Assembly: GCA_905178155.1 (NCBI GenBank)
Contig: CAJINV010000004.1
Coordinates: 342,969 to 406,968 of the forward strand
Source of the DNA: Amoebophrya sp. A120
Taxonomy: Eukaryota > Protista > Dinoflagellata
Direction: 5' to 3'
DNA: 64,000 nucleotides
The notes below the pieces were generated by a model. It saw only the letters and a list, made by a program, of their open reading frames with translations, was not told where the DNA came from and searched no databases. Position numbers and translations under genes: made by a program. Below, piece after piece: positions 1 through 64,000 of the stretch. Positions within the stretch are counted from its first letter, which is position 1, and every line of letters starts with the position of its first letter.

Positions 1-64000
<64,000 letters not shown>

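Overview
Eukaryotic (alveolate/Syndiniales-like, most consistent with Amoebophrya) DNA. The whole window appears to lie inside one very large + strand gene with both ends outside the window (about 21 kb coding, roughly 7,000 aa by my hand tally). The protein carries F-type lectin/discoidin-like and PAN/apple-like modules, a long coiled coil with a 29-aa repeat, and tandem SEA-like repeats with Thr-rich linkers. I counted about 118 interrupting introner-like elements from at least 12 families. They are typically 110-340 bp, have TAT...ATA terminal inverted repeats and a 5-bp target duplication, and mostly lack GT-AG. Only two ordinary GT-AG introns were found. At every junction I translated, removing the element plus 5 nt restores the frame. 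Non-canonical introners with inverted and direct repeats are already known from Amoebophrya. Candidate new biology: (i) a GCAT[G/T/C]ACAAA motif shared by nearly all exon-interrupting families, (ii) at least three retroelement-like families inserted in a fixed orientation at that motif, (iii) evidence for orientation-independent, fixed-geometry excision that keeps the left duplicate, and (iv) net 1-nt exons. Most ORFs in the supplied track are artefacts of element read-through. No transposase or reverse transcriptase was recognised. All coordinates were read by eye.
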